DNA of 64,000 nucleotides from Phoronis australis (taxonomy: Eukaryota; Animalia; Phoronida): contig NMRA01000031.1 of NCBI GenBank assembly GCA_002633005.1, forward strand, positions 719,185 to 783,184, written 5' to 3'. Positions 36,380 through 50,502 of the stretch are shown piece by piece; position 1 is the first letter of the stretch; each line of letters begins with the position of its first letter. Under the pieces are notes generated by a model. It did not search any database. It worked only from the letters and a program-made list of their open reading frames with translations, and was not told where the DNA came from. Both the position numbers and the translations under genes were made by a program.

Positions 36380-37065
36380 TAGTCCAATCATGTTTGGCAT
36401 CGTGGCATGTGGCATCATTCGGAGCACCTCGGGTATTTTCGTTGTCTTAAATCAACCGGAATACCTCGGGTTCGTCGCTTCAGATTATCTCGTAACATCC
36501 GGAACACTTAGAGTATTTTCTTAACCTCGGAGGTGTTTTATATCTGTGCATGTGCAAACTTCAATCATTACAACAAGTCATGTGATACTCAAATTTAGAG
36601 TGCCAGAATACCCCGTCAATAACAGTCTTAAACAGGAGTTAACAGTACATTAGGAAGCAGACTACGGATTGGAGACATGCTACGCTGAAGTCATGATTTT
36701 AGCCGTCTCCTGGACAATCCTTTTTGTACATGCGCAGATATGAAATACCTTCGAGGTATGAATTGAAGGTACGAAAATCCGAGATGTTTCGGATGTCCTT
36801 GGAGCATCTGGCTGCTCAGATAATTTCGTACTTTCACATTTCTCCTCGGAGGTGAGTGTTATCTGTACTTGTGCGAACTTCGGTCATACTGCCAGTCATT
36901 CTCCACTTTAAAGTCACATTACTCGCCATATGACTGAAGTCCGCATATGCACAGATAACGCTCACCTCCGAGGGGGAATTTGAGGCTACGGAAGTATCCG
37001 AGGTGTTCCAGGTGCCCTCAGAGGTGTTTCGTATCTGGTTATGTGAGAAATTCAGTCAAAACAGA
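36380..37065. repeat. Multi-hairpin element built from five alternating ~45-75-bp modules
   Basis: Module ctcggaggtg..tatctgtgcatgtgcaaacttc at ~36526 (+), 36729 (-), 36845 (+), 36927 (-) and 37017 (+). ~36815-36888 and 36928-37003 form ~75-bp inverted arms. Confidence 0.75.
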
Positions 37066-39905
37066 AAGTCATGTGGCTGTGCAAATGGGGAATACCGTCA
37101 AATTCACCGGGATATCCCTATGATAACCGGCTTTAACGCGAGTCAATAGTACACCAGGGGACAGACAAGGGTTGAAAATGACGTCGCGCACATCTTTCGA
37201 GACATCAAAGGCCGATAGTCATGTGCGAACAGTAACTGGATTTGAACAAGAGACGGTTACAAATCATGGCTTATGCCTACCAGGTTTTAAAAGTCGTACT
37301 TGATATCATTCTCAAATCTTCCTCCTGATGTACTGTTAACGCGGCTGTCAACCCGCCTTCCTGATCAATTTTGACTTTAAGCACTTACCGTCATGAAATT
37401 GGACACGGCGAGTTCCTAAGTGAAATTAGAGATCGTTTAGGACTTCGAAATAACTAACAGTTGGTTTTTTACTTGATATCAGACTCTACACTGAGTTCGC
37501 TTGACATGGTTTGTCATTTCGTTATGCGCCGGGCATAGTCTCAAAGAATAACGAACTCTTGGTATTTTGCAAATCCAGAAATTACTTCTCGATTGAGTGA
37601 GAAACAAATTGCCACTAATTTATAGCGATAAGAGGTCGAAATCAAAAGTTTCACGTGACCTGGGCTCATTGTCGTTTTAACTTTTGTTTAAACCTATTAT
37701 CATATGCGTGTTCGAAGGCGTGTTCTATTTTGACGCTTGTAGTCTCGAACCCACAATCTGTCCGGTGTGCATCTAGAAAACGAGGTTATTACATCAATTG
37801 TTTACAATTTTGCGATACGACTTGTTTGCGTATTTTAATAGTTGAAATTCTCTCTCATTTTCTTTGTTTTAAACAAATATTTATTCAATTGCAGCTCGAT
37901 TATTTCAGTTGCCCGCTGTTCCTTTTTGAATAACCTTTATGAGATACGAAAATAGAAGCACAGGTGTTCTGCTCGAGTGACATTGTGAGCAGTGGGCATG
38001 GTGATCACAACCCGCACTTACAATCTGGATCATGACTCAAGTTACGCTAGTGAAGGTTGTAAAAGCATGTATTTTATGTTCAGTTGATCTAAATACACCA
38101 ACTGACCTCACCCTTGGTTGACCAATAAAAAACCAGATGTCAAAGACGTACCCAGATTCAAATGTTAGTTGTGTATGAGTTTCAGACCACCTACATGAGT
38201 CGCTGTTATTCTTGAAGTCTGCACCATATGAAACGCCTCCTAGGGATAATTCGAGGTTACGAAAGTACCCATGGTTTTACATATAATCTCAAATTTGAGG
38301 ATACGAAAATTCCCTGCGTCGCTACAGAACTCAATGTGTAGAATTGGTAGTGCATCGACGTGTGACCAAAGCAGTTGAAATAACTGAACTTACCTGTCGC
38401 AGACATTAGCATTGATGATATTTTGCACAAATCACCACCGCCACCCCCCCCNCCCCCCTCTTTCGCCTTGACAGCAGGAGAAGCCCTACCTAGGCCGATG
38501 TTGGTATTTAAAATTGTGTGGACTCTTTTGTATTGTTTTGTAGTACTGAATTTAAGATTTGGGCCCGTCAACGTAGGCAGACAATATTGCACAATATTTT
38601 TAGGGATTAATATTTCGCTTGAAGCATGATGCCAGAGACAAATAAACTCAAATTAAACAGTTGTCATTCGGGGATCCAGCCAGATTGTCATCCCTTCATT
38701 CTCCTGGGCCCAGGATCTTGTCTCCGAACTTAGTATGGACTCAGACTGTTGACTCGAGTACAAAATATATCAGTTTTTTCGAGGCGTGCCATACTATTAG
38801 TCAATCTTCGAGTTGAGTTTCGAATACAGAGATTAGACACCGGGCTCTGGACACACGCATTTGAAAATAACCGAATATAATGTGAGTTGAGCACGAACTC
38901 TATACAACCATAAAAACGTGCTTTTCCACACGCTATCTCCCGCAAATTAACAATGAATAATGCAAGTTGGAGACTTACAACTGTAGCAAAAATTAATTGA
39001 ATTTCCCTGCTTGATATTTTCTTGTGTCGATTACTAATCTTTTTCGAGTCAGCTTGAGCGAATCACACGCTTCCGAATGATACAATCCATATCCAGCCCA
39101 GAATCATTTGTAGCCAGTTTGAGTGAAACACACGCTTCAGAATAACACTCTGTACATACGCCGAAGTCACGAGATGGGATCTTAACTTTCATCACTCGAG
39201 AATCGGAAAGATGACGAGAAACTACTGACATTCAAATTTTGCAATTTTATTTCATGTTTTCGTCGTTTTGTTGCTTTCAAATTGGCTGGGAAATGTCGCT
39301 CCCAATTATGTTAGGGATATTACATGCGTCAAACTACCGGTACTCGTCTTGATTCTAAATGAAAACGCCAGATATATACTGCAAAGCCTATGAAATTGGA
39401 GTGTGCATAAGCGTACGATCATCGGTTGCACTTCAATTGTCATTTCTATCTTTGTAAAATCGCAGTTTATTTTTTATTTATAAGGATTACATTTTCTATT
39501 TTGTCTGCAAAAATATTTTATCATCTTTAAGCTTACTGTTTTTATGTTTCCTTTTTTCAAAACAGGTACTTCTTAGTTTTTGGTCGACCTCAATTGGGCA
39601 TTTTCACTTTCTATGGATTTCCCTTGTTCGATTTTGTTGTTATCTTGTAAAGTGATAATAATCAGCGACTATGAAGCTTGAACTTATGCGCAAAGTTGAT
39701 CAGAATTACACGTATTAGTAGGCTTGACTTGGACATTTAGCATACCTCCATAGCGCTATTATTGGTGGCAAACCCCCGTCGATATTTCAACTCCCCCGTG
39801 AAACTTTTTTGTCCTAGCCACCACGGTCACTTACAAGTGAACATTTTTTTACGCTCTGGAATTAATTTTCCTGAAGTTTATCTCGAACGTGTTTTCAAGA
39901 GGTTA

Positions 39906-39973
39906 GCGCATGCCCCTATATAAGTGGAACTTCGGCGCATGCCCCTATATAAGTGGAACTTCGGCGCATGCGC
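39906..39973 (+). repeat. Perfect 29-bp tandem duplication
   Basis: gcgcatgcccctatataagtggaacttcg x2, then gcgcatgcgc. Confidence 0.9.
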
Positions 39974-40948
39974 CTGTGCGAGTAGCATTCAAGTCAAAAT
40001 CAGTTGAAAAAACGAATTATGTTGTATACCGAGGCTGGACTTGAACAGACGCATATAAGGTATAGGTGTCTGAAATCCTATTATAGGGAACGTTTACCTG
40101 TTGATGTTGTTCGTGAAAGTATCTCCAACGTACGGGCATTTTAAACCGGGTCGAGAGTAATTGACAGCACATTGGCTTATTCTTCTACGTCATTAGTACA
40201 GTGCAATACGAAGTTTGTCAATTATTAACTGCAGTCCAATAATTGTATTCATAAAATCAATTAAATGTGAAACCCCTATGTGCAGAAAAAGCATGAGTTT
40301 TTCCCAGCCCTGTCGCTCTCCATAAACTTATTGACTTTATCAATAGAGATAGACGCCATCGTGTCCTTTGGAGATCGCCTGCATTCCGTTCCTCACGCGT
40401 GGATAAGGCAATCCCCGCTGAAACAAGGTATTCGTAAATCCAGAGGTCTACGATAATCAATACACTTTTGTCGTATCATGTAGCTAGTCCACAATCAACT
40501 GGAACCATCCTGCTTCATCGCAGAACTCCACATTTTCCTAAATTATTCGCCGATTGTAACAACAATGTAAAGGAGCACACCAACGAGATGTTGAGTGCTG
40601 AGAAATTGTGGTTTGTAAATGGCGAAAATTCTTTTCAGATTCAAGCGATTGTTGAGAATTCTTAATTGTATCAAACCATTTAAACGTGTGTGCAAACAAC
40701 ATATTTCCTCGTTTACTGGCTTTGAAGAAGCTATTAACCTGCCTTCCATCAGAAACTTCTGTTTTAGATCACTTGTTGTTATTAAATTGGTCTCAAATTG
40801 TTTCCAAAGTGGCGTCCATACACATACTTACACTAGAGCAAGACACTCCTGGAACAAGCTATCGCTCGGTTGATGGCTGTCTGGACACTATTTTAACGTA
40901 GCCAAATGGGTTGATGAGAAGTCAAAACCGCATAGTCAAACTTTTTAT

Positions 40949-41014
40949 CATCGGCGGCGCAGCACTGAAAAAAGTGGGGGGCTATAGTCCCCCCCCTATG
41001 GTGCGCCGCTCATG
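40949..41014 (+). mobile_element. 66-bp micro-MITE family C, intact copy
   Basis: catcggcggcgca...tgcgccgctcatg with perfect 5-bp TSD TTTAT (40944-40948, 41015-41019). Confidence 0.85.
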
Positions 41015-41279
41015 TTTATCCATTCAACGTGAACGTGGACAAGGCGTTTCTTTGTTTACTTTAAATATTAGACCAATATTGTAGCAAAGTGCGCTCATAT
41101 TTTACCTTATACGACACTAATGTGAACTCTATCAGCAATATCAGGTGTCTGTTTTGGGACAAGAGACTCGAGAATTTGTATATTATTGGGGACTTACCAC
41201 TTTTGGCTATATCTCAAAAACAGTTGTGTGGTGTGTAAAACCAAACTTCGGTCACTTCCCGTGGGACAGCCCCCAGCAT

Positions 41280-41420
41280 TCTGGCAGAACTCGGTGAGAA
41301 TTAACGATGTGTAATAAAATCACAACAATACAACATGTTGTATTGTTTTATAACTCTGGTCAAGGCTAACTTCAGAAAGTCTATCCCAGCCAAAAATTAT
41401 CGATAATATCCCTTTGAACT
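41280..41420 (-). mobile_element. Repeat family K copy (inverted)
   Basis: Reverse complement aligns with 3236-3420 (ttctgaagttagccttgaccagagttataaaac...ttgtgattttattac). Confidence 0.55.
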
Positions 41421-41882
41421 ATTTCATTTTATTATGACATTTAACTTCATTTAATTTAGGCTTAGTTAACAGTTCGAATTACTAACTGTGTTGGAAATTG
41501 TTATTATGAAGTGCAGCAGCGGATTTAGGGGGGGGGCTCAAATGGGCCAAGTCCCTATAAAATGTTCGCAATTTTTGTGTTCACAACTGATTTTAAAAAT
41601 CAACATGTTTTCCACACAGGAGATTTTTATGGAAAAACAAGATTTCTAATGTTGCGCTATCAAGTTTTTGACATTTTCAAGTTACCTTGCGAAATCTCTG
41701 GGAAGACATTTGGACCGTTTTTCGTTCTGTGTCCGCAAAACAAGAGTGAAATATTCCTGGGTTACTATCCCATTTGTATAGGGCCCAAGTGGTGGGGAAC
41801 AGATGAAGGGTCTTTGTCACAGCCGATATTTACCCAACCATCGACAGGTTCCCGGCCAGGTCCGGGTACTATAATACAGGAA

Positions 41883-42075
41883 GCTGTCCTCTGTACTGAT
41901 GTGACGCTTGGCGGGTGTAAACCAATGATATCAGCCAATGAGAGTGGTGCTGTTCTCTGTATGTGACCTTTGGCTATTGTAAACCAATGATATCAGCCAA
42001 TGAGAGTGGTGCTGTTCTCTGTATGTGACCCTTGGCTTGTGTAAACCAATGATATCGGCCAATGCGAGTGGTGCT
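41883..42075 (+). repeat. Minisatellite, 3 x ~62 bp, two CCAAT boxes per unit
   Basis: Unit gctgttctctgtatgtgacctttggctattgtaaaccaatgatatcagccaatgagagtggt. Confidence 0.92.
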
Positions 42076-45000
42076 TTCTTAAGGACCTGAAATGGTGTAC
42101 TTAGTCATTATCATAAGGCGCGCTTAAAGAGAACAGTTCTAAATTAAAATGTTTATTCTCAATTTTACGCTTGACAACTCCCAAACAGTGATCAGTGAAA
42201 ATTTGAGGTGATTGTGATACGTGGTATTTGCTTGTGAAATGACTTTGCCATCAAAACTTTATCTAAAAGTTTTGTCCGACTGTTTATACATAGTCCGCTG
42301 CGTCCAAAATTTCGGTAGTCCACAAAGAAACCTGTAGAGGGCGCTGTCAGTAGCTTTAGTTCAGCTTCCACAAGCAACCGCGGAACATTGTCGGTCTACG
42401 TTGGCACTAAAATGTAGTCCAACGTTATCGTAGTTGACGAAACACCGAAAGCTGTTGAAAGTCGATACCTCAATCATACGTGATACACTACACCACAATT
42501 GTTTACACTTTTTACTCGAAATTTGCTTGTTTAGTTTTGTCATGAGAACAATGCCCGGCTGATCATTTGAGCTTCCCGGTTCACAATGTTCCACCCCCGA
42601 CCCCTCTCCACGCGGTCGCCACGATTTTCAAGCTTCCCCAGGACCGCCACAACTTGAAGGCGCACCAGTACTTACGAAGTGGGTCTCTACATGGTAATTT
42701 GTATGGGCCCTATAACGCTGTAGGTTAGTTAGCATGGTGAGTTTAAGGTTATGGACAAATTTGACTGACTTCGGAACATACTCAGATATGGCTAATCGGA
42801 TTCATATGAAACTTGCATGTACTATGTGTTATACACTGTTCTCAAAACACCTGTTAGGCATTGTTTTAAATGTTCCACTTTTGCTTTAGGGGCCATTAAA
42901 ATAGGACTTTCATAATTCACATGAAAAACCTTGAAAGTTGCATCAAACAAAAACGAAGTATTTTAGAAAACTGCAACAGCGTTTTTGATATCTCACCCTG
43001 AACATTCACGTAAACGTATACGTATTATATAGTTCAATACACCCAGGAAAAAACAAAAATCCGTTCCTGGAAGACTTTCAGAAAAACAAATAGCAACCGT
43101 GCGTTCTAACTATTTCATTGGAAAAGCAAGTCCGCGTCACGTGATTAGTCGCGTAAAATAAATGCCCGGCTTCATTCACCGTCAGTAACTAGTCGACTCT
43201 GAACAACTGATGGTAAGTTGACTCTTTCGTTGGATTATGCGGTGCTGCAATGTGTAGATTGTTCGCATGTTTTTCTTGACACTTAATGCTTAGTGATGTT
43301 TTAAAAATTTGCCAATGTTTACATGCGTTCGTTCGGTCAACATGTAAGTGCATGTGAACGATAACGGCCAAACAGGCCCTCACTTACCGCCGTTGTCGGT
43401 TCGGTGAGTTGAGTTTATAATGCATTAAGACATCCGTGGAGAATTCCAACAGAGGCCGAAGCATATGCGAAGCGTGAATTGTTTTGATAACATTTTGCAA
43501 TTGTCATCGAATGACCCCCCGGTGCGGACGAAAGGATTTTTAGTATGACTTCGTGTAGCTTGAAATAGTCTCCGATTGCGTCGTTGTTTAAAAGAAGATA
43601 TCGGGGTGCCAGACTTTTGACGGGTCTGCATTTCCGCGCTATATATTATGAGGTAAAGGTTAACAGCGAATATTTGTAACAAAAACATAAAACTGAGACT
43701 TTTGTTATGGGACAGAACTTGCTTTTTTATTCACCATTAACGTGCTCTGCTCCTGTGAAGGATTTTAATTTTTCATCAACCTCTTTCTGGCAACTAATGG
43801 ATGTTATTCTCGGGAGAATTTAGGAATAATTAAAACCTAAACGTCGAACTTTTCAGATTATGTTGGAAGATAATATTGTGACCGAGCAGAGGTTTTTGTT
43901 CTCAACGGAAATGAACTAATATCGTACTCGTGATAACGGTCGATTCTTTTGCACTGCCACAATGAGAGATAATCTGTCTGTTTTAAAAGTCACCGGAGAG
44001 CTGCCAATCGGTTAGTTTTCTGGACAATAGGATTAGCCATTCTGTGGTGTCGCACACTGGTATACCTTTACACCTAATTTGAAACGACAGCCTTTGAAAT
44101 GTTCCACAATAGTTTTGCTTAATAAGAAAAACAAATTCTTTCTAATTGGTAAACGGGTGATTATTTTAGTGTTTTTGGGCTCTTTGGTGAAATGAAATAT
44201 TCTTGTCAACTGTCACTCTTCATTGGCGTTTTCTTGCAACATCCGTTGAGACTCGCTGGGTCGCGTGCGCAGAAGATCATTAATATTACAGCCAGGCTTT
44301 TAAGTCCAAATATATATTATTGAGTTTAAATGAAACAAGACTTGAAGACTTGACTTCAGAAGCTGCAAACTTTCAGTGAGTTTCGTTGAAAAGCAGTCAC
44401 ACATTTTCTATAATTGCAATTTTGCTAAGTTTCACACGCGATAATTTTGACGGGCGTACAAATGTCTGTGTGAGTTAAAAAACCTACAAAGTCTAATTTT
44501 AGACTCGATTAAGTTTAGATACGTTTTTATCTTCCCGTGGGAAGTAAACCTTCATTAAAGTAATGCCAATAATGACATTTGAATTGTTAATTTGCTTATT
44601 CATTAAATATCGCTACAACGAAATTATAAAACAAGAACTATTATACCCGGTTGACTTAGTTTTGATACCGCACAATGTTACACAAAAGACTAAAATACAC
44701 CTGTATGACCCACTTGTTTAGTTGACTGACGCTTTTAAAGGCTGAGTCATTGATTACATTTTTATTGTTAAATTAGTGATGAGGGGTGACGACGATCTAA
44801 AGAAACAAAATTTACGTTTCCGTGCATGGTTACCTTGTCAGGACGGGGACACGCAAACACGATGTGAGCTCGTGTTTCAACTATTACAGACTGCCGCTTG
44901 TATCTTGGAAGATTTACGGGTTGTCTTGCGTCAGGTGTGTTATTTGGTATAGAGATAACATTGTATTCTAGTTCACCAATACCACCTACCTATTGGTGGG

Positions 45001-48000
45001 TGATCGAGCCACCATTTTGTGCAAAAAAACAAGATCTTGCGAGATGCCGCGAGATATCCAGTATGTTTTCAATGAGAGCGCGTGATTTTGGCTAGATTTT
45101 TTCTCGCCACGAGACAGCTATTGATCTGTTATACCCAGGTTTTGTGTGGGATTGGCGGAGAATGAATACTGCCCTTTCATGTTTTCCTGTAAGTGGTTGG
45201 GCAATCCCAGAGATTGCTAACTCACGAGTTAATATTTTATTTTGTGTTTGCCTTAGCTTTTGAATTTCGACGTTTGACAGAGGTTTCGATATCAAAGTAC
45301 AAGCACAAGAATAGAGTCCATAGACAATACGAAACATCGCCGAAATCTCCGAGCTTTCCCCCTCGTAAATAGCCTATTATGATTCTGCAACAAGTTTACG
45401 AATGTTCTGTTGAGGTATTAGTGAAGTATTTAGTTGTAGTTGTTGTACTCCCGGATTCCGGCACGTACGTGCCCATGTTTTACAGAAGATCAAGTGTTTT
45501 TTTAAAGCGCTTCAAAGTGATGAGTATTATTTTCGGTATCTTGTTGAGTAGCTGAGATATTTGTGAACACTTTAGCAGTTAATTGCTGCCCGATATTGCG
45601 AACACTTCACTGCGCTTACTGGTTTATCATGATTGATATAATGGTTCTAAGAGGCATAATGTGTCCGATAGCTGCGGTTTGTTGTTTTTATTTGACAAGC
45701 TTAAGTGATGCTCAGTGTTTACACTTTCGCTCTCTTCTGAGGAAATATTCTACGTAACATCCGCTACACGTGCAGCGCGATTCGTACGTGTCGTCAATAT
45801 TGCATGAGTCAAATCGTTCCCCTCTTCGGAGTCAACTAAGAATATCGTCGAGGGAGCGCTGTTGTCTATTTCGATAAGAGTGACCAGCTCAGACTTTTGT
45901 GATAACTCTACGCCATGTTTGTCATTTCACGATTTTTCTGTCAAAGGCACGTCGTCATAAAATCAACTGTAGTCCAATTCCTCCAACTTGGCACTAACGA
46001 TAGGCGTAACATTGAGCAGAAACAAATTCATCTGACAATGATTATCTGTTTTTGTGTTCCATAACGCAATTTAGTTTAACAATATGAGGTAAGTATTAGA
46101 ATGGTTATTAAATTCTCGGTTCGATTCGATGTGCACAACACCATTGCCTTCTCAACTGACTACCTAAAATATGCTCATTATAAAACAGGTCATTCAACCA
46201 CACAGAAGAATCGACTCCATCGCCAAACAGATCATTCAGAGCATCTATGATTAAAAAGAGCTTCGCATGCCATTATTAACTGACAGGCTTGATCAAGTCT
46301 TTCAAAACAGGGCATTTTCTTAGGAATCATAAGTGATCGCTCATTTTCTTGTTGGCAGAAACCGACTACTCTCATTGCAACCAATTTTTAACCCAATTTC
46401 AAAGATTTTATGATTCCTTGAGTCGGAAGCTTGCTCCTTTAACTTAGAATTCGCGTGGTTGGAGTGTGCAGTGCAAAGCCATGCCTCTGGATTACATAGC
46501 CATGTGTTTTCTTATCACACAACCTGCTTCGCTTCATCGACAGTTAACTCAATTAGTCACGACGATAACCTTTCTTTGCGGTGCCTCACGTCCGTATTCG
46601 TAAAAACAATGCCTCTGAGTAGACAATTAGAGATGCATGTTTTTGTGCTTTCATAATTACACAATGCAAACGAAGCACTTTCAGAATATTGGGAGATCTT
46701 GTTAACATGCGATATGTTTGACATTTTCCACGCGTCAGCAAGTTTTACAGTCAAAAGTGCTTAGTTATTTGAAGCTAGAGTTGCCAGGCGTTTCGCATAT
46801 CAAGGCAAACTGGTGGAGAGCTAAGAACGTGGTACCACTTGGGCTGGAGAATGTTCCGTAGGCCTGGTTTGTTGCGAGAAAAACAAGAATTCGCAAGACT
46901 TCGCAAAATCCGTGAAAAGCAAGCATTTCGAGAGTATAGCTCGGGAGCAAAATGGCGGCCATTGACATGATCGGTCGGCGAGGTTGGAGTGTTGAATTAT
47001 GGGATTGAATTCAGCGTGTCCATTACATGAATGAAGATTCTTACTGCCACTGCAAACGTATGTCTTGCGGTGTGCGGAACTCGTCCCAGAATTTTGTACG
47101 GTTCTGTTTAGCTTTGAAAATTCCTTCTAGCGAGGCATACCGTGTTCTAAGTGTTTGCAAAACGGTACTCAATGGATAGCTTCTTAAGGTAGAAAGATCA
47201 AGCTACTCTATCTAGGCTTCTTTTCTTAAATGGTGTTAGTAGTTAAAAGGAATTTAGATCGAATAGATCCAGTTGTCGGGAGTGTTTTCTTTCCATTATT
47301 TCTCCTGGTGACTACGGAGATCCGATCAGTTTCTTTCAATTAAGACTGATTATAAAACTCGACATCCCAATAATCTATAAACAGTATTCGGAGCCGCGTG
47401 CGAGCTCACATTTCGCGGTGGCGGCAAGTCAGCCCACGGCAATATGGACTGACCTCTGTTGACCGGTTTAAAGTGTAAGTCCGCGACTGTGTTGTTTAAT
47501 TGTAAACTTAACTATTGATGTTTTGATGTATGTATAAAAATAGTCGCTCAAACTTTCCGAGAAAATAATGGAAATCCCCGATGGCGACCTGCCTGCGACA
47601 TCATCAACAGCAACAACAAGACCAGCATCTAATTAAACTATTGTATTGACCACTGTGGCTAAATAAATCACCGTTACAGAGTTAAATATGTTGGTACAAA
47701 TGTCCATTTTTGTATGCTCTGCACCGTCGTCAAATTAAAGCCCACCGGAGACGTAGAGCTCAAGCGCATAGTTCATGGGTAACTCGTATCGAGCTATGAG
47801 TTGAACTATTGGCCACTTGAGGCACTGAGCACATAGCTATCCACCTACTATGACCCTAAGGTTCTTGGCATCAACGTAACACCAACGTGGTTGCCTTGGA
47901 ATAACTTCACAAGCAGGCATGTATTTGAGATCTTATTTCTATAGAATATCAATAACCTGTTCACTAACTGGAGTGGGGTATTCACTAATAAAAAAGCCTC

Positions 48001-48249
48001 TTTTTAACGTCTCTATATATGTTCCGTGATGTTGTGTTTTCGTGATTCCACCGACAGATTATTTCAATGGCCACGATTGCTACCGCCGTCGAGTAAGGTC
48101 TTGAGCGTTCCTGTAAAACACTGATACTCGCCTAACTCTCAAAACACTGACGCTACGCAACGTATTGCTGCATTTGTGATAAGCAAACCTTTTTTCATCT
48201 GCTCTTTAATACTCTATCGGTCACCACCACCCCCCCTCCTCCAGACCCC

Positions 48250-48417
48250 NNNNNNNNNNNNNNNNNNNNNNNNNNNNNNNNNNNNNNNNNNNNNNNNNNN
48301 NNNNNNNNNNNNNNNNNNNNNNNNNNNNNNNNNNNNNNNNNNNNNNNNNNNNNNNNNNNNNNNNNNNNNNNNNNNNNNNNNNNNNNNNNNNNNNNNNNNN
48401 NNNNNNNNNNNNNNNNN
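48250..48417. other. Assembly gap (168 N)
   Basis: Run of N after a C-rich tract. Confidence 1.
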
Positions 48418-50119
48418 CGCCCCGTCGTCGTCAACCATGCTTTCTGAAAGCGCACTTGTCACTTCCTCTCACCTTCGGACATGCCGTTCAATTAACCCAT
48501 CTCATAGGGAAGACCGGGGTAAACAGGCTCAAACTACAGTGACTTCGTGTACCATTTTAGCCAGCAGTTATTAGACGCTCAAACAGTGAATTGATAAACG
48601 ATCATTGCATAACATTTTTAACTACGAAGAGATGCTGAACAAGGGTTCACTGTGCCCCGATCATATGGCAATGTATTTCCACATTTTTCCATAAAGTTTC
48701 CTGCGAATTTGTTGAAGGCCACCACAGCCTAGGAGCTACGGGGAGCTGAGTTGTGTAACTCAAGTGAACGATAGCTGAAAAGGCGAGAATGAACTAGAGG
48801 CTAGTTCATATACAACTGTTGCATTTTCGTGCATTGACGTGAGTTCTGAAAACTTTTGTTCGCCATTTATCAGATCGAATCGCGCTAAAACGAGATTATT
48901 ACAACAAAAATTATGCTCAAACAAGAAGAATGTCCGTTTCCTGAGAGACAGTGGGTTGACACAACAACATCACCTGAGCAAATTATAAAGCAGGTGGCAG
49001 TGTGTTAACTATGATTTCTAGAGCTGTTTTGCTCTGTCACGTGTTTCGCTTTTCTCGAGAGTCACTTAAGGCGAGAAATTTAGTCTAATGCAACGGAATT
49101 CTGACATAACCCAATAACCTCAATGGCTTATATTTTGGTAGGGTATAACGCTTCTAAGGTCTCTAGCATACTCGCGTGATTCAGCGAGACCCCGTCGTAA
49201 GCTTGCTTATTCACGTCTGTGTAACGCGCTCCCCGGTTTCTCTTGTACATTCATACTAGGATTAACATGTGCTCCAAATTATGTTACTGTCTTCCTCAAA
49301 ACTCCGGTCACAGAAAAGAAAGTAAATGGCGCCAAGAGAACGGGTAATTCAATATGACATAATTGTAATAAAAATGAATATGGAATTAATTGCAAGTGGT
49401 ATTATTAGGAAGATGACAGTTTATCGTCAGCACCTCAAGGCGGAAGAAACCGATTAATGACGACAAACAGTAAACGAAAGAAAAGTGAATTGGTATTCTT
49501 TTGAGACAATATGGCGTCAACTATATTAAAGCTAACTGGAAGTATTCAAACTCATCTCGTCTGGCATTTTGTTTCATTATTGTTCAGTTATTGTATGACG
49601 ACATGAAATGTCAAGCTCCAATATCTTTACAGTGACCTCTGTAAGGAACTTTTATTATTCAAATAGCTTCTATGGACAGCCAAGTAAACTTTGAAATGAT
49701 ATTCGAACAACTCGTGCAAACCACTGACTCTGAATACCAATCTTTCAAATAGTATTTCTAAGTTTATCTAGTTTGATTTTGGTTGATGTTCAGGCTCACT
49801 CACATATTACACGGTAGCCAAGTGTACCCTGAGATCGCCAGTGGGAAAGCAAATACATGACGAGGTTGACCATTGAGATAGCAAGGGTGTTGTTGGTGGA
49901 GATGAACGAACTGCTATACCATAACTGTTTGATTTTGAATATTTCACGTTTTATATTTTAATAATGTGCATAATTATTTCTTGGAATTTTTTTCAAATTC
50001 TCTTATTCTCTCATAAAATCTTTTTTGCTTTGTTTTTCGTTTTTTTTTTCATACGGTTTTTCTTATTGGGTCGACATAGTTACACGCATGGCGTATCTCG
50101 TCAATGGCTCGAGGCCAAT

Positions 50120-50502
50120 AGGGCCTTCCCGGATTACACGGCCACAGAACTCTCCTTTGTCCTGCAGATAAGAAAGCGTGTGACCATGATCTGTTTTAGA
50201 AATCAGGCACATTTTCGTGTCTCTCATTGATGTCGGGAAGGCGAAGAATTTCAGATCACACATCCGCTGGTATTTATCCAGTTTATCAAACTTTCTCACG
50301 TCGGAGTTGAAGCCCACAGCACAGCAGTAATGTTTCGTTGGCATTGGAAGGACGAATAGAGGAAAAATTTGTAAAGAGTCAGACAACTACAAATAGCGTG
50401 TGAAACTCCAGTGGCACGAAAACGAAGCAGCAAATGTGCCTGACAGATGTTTAGGTAAAAACAGCGTGATTCGAGTGTCGCTGTTTAATCTGGGACGGCC
50501 CT
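50120..50502 (-). mobile_element. 383-bp ISL2EU-like deletion derivative carrying a THAP N-terminus
   Basis: TIR agggccttcccggattacacggccaca / tgtcgctgtttaatctgggacggccct, with AT on both sides (50118-50119, 50503-50504). Minus frame MPTKHYCCAVGFNSDVRK...KFFAFPT is THAP-like. Confidence 0.8.

Noticed and set aside
41883-42075. Regularly spaced repeats as a CRISPR array (also 28671-28833 and 16968-17075)
   Set aside because: Units are head-to-tail with no unique spacers, there are no cas genes, and the context is eukaryotic.
43425-43688. Further THAP-like words (FVR..LSKQF; also ~47050-47150)
   Set aside because: Zinc ligands are missing and frameshifts are needed. Too weak to call.
48176-48574. 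ORFs spanning the N run
   Set aside because: Artefacts of the assembly gap.
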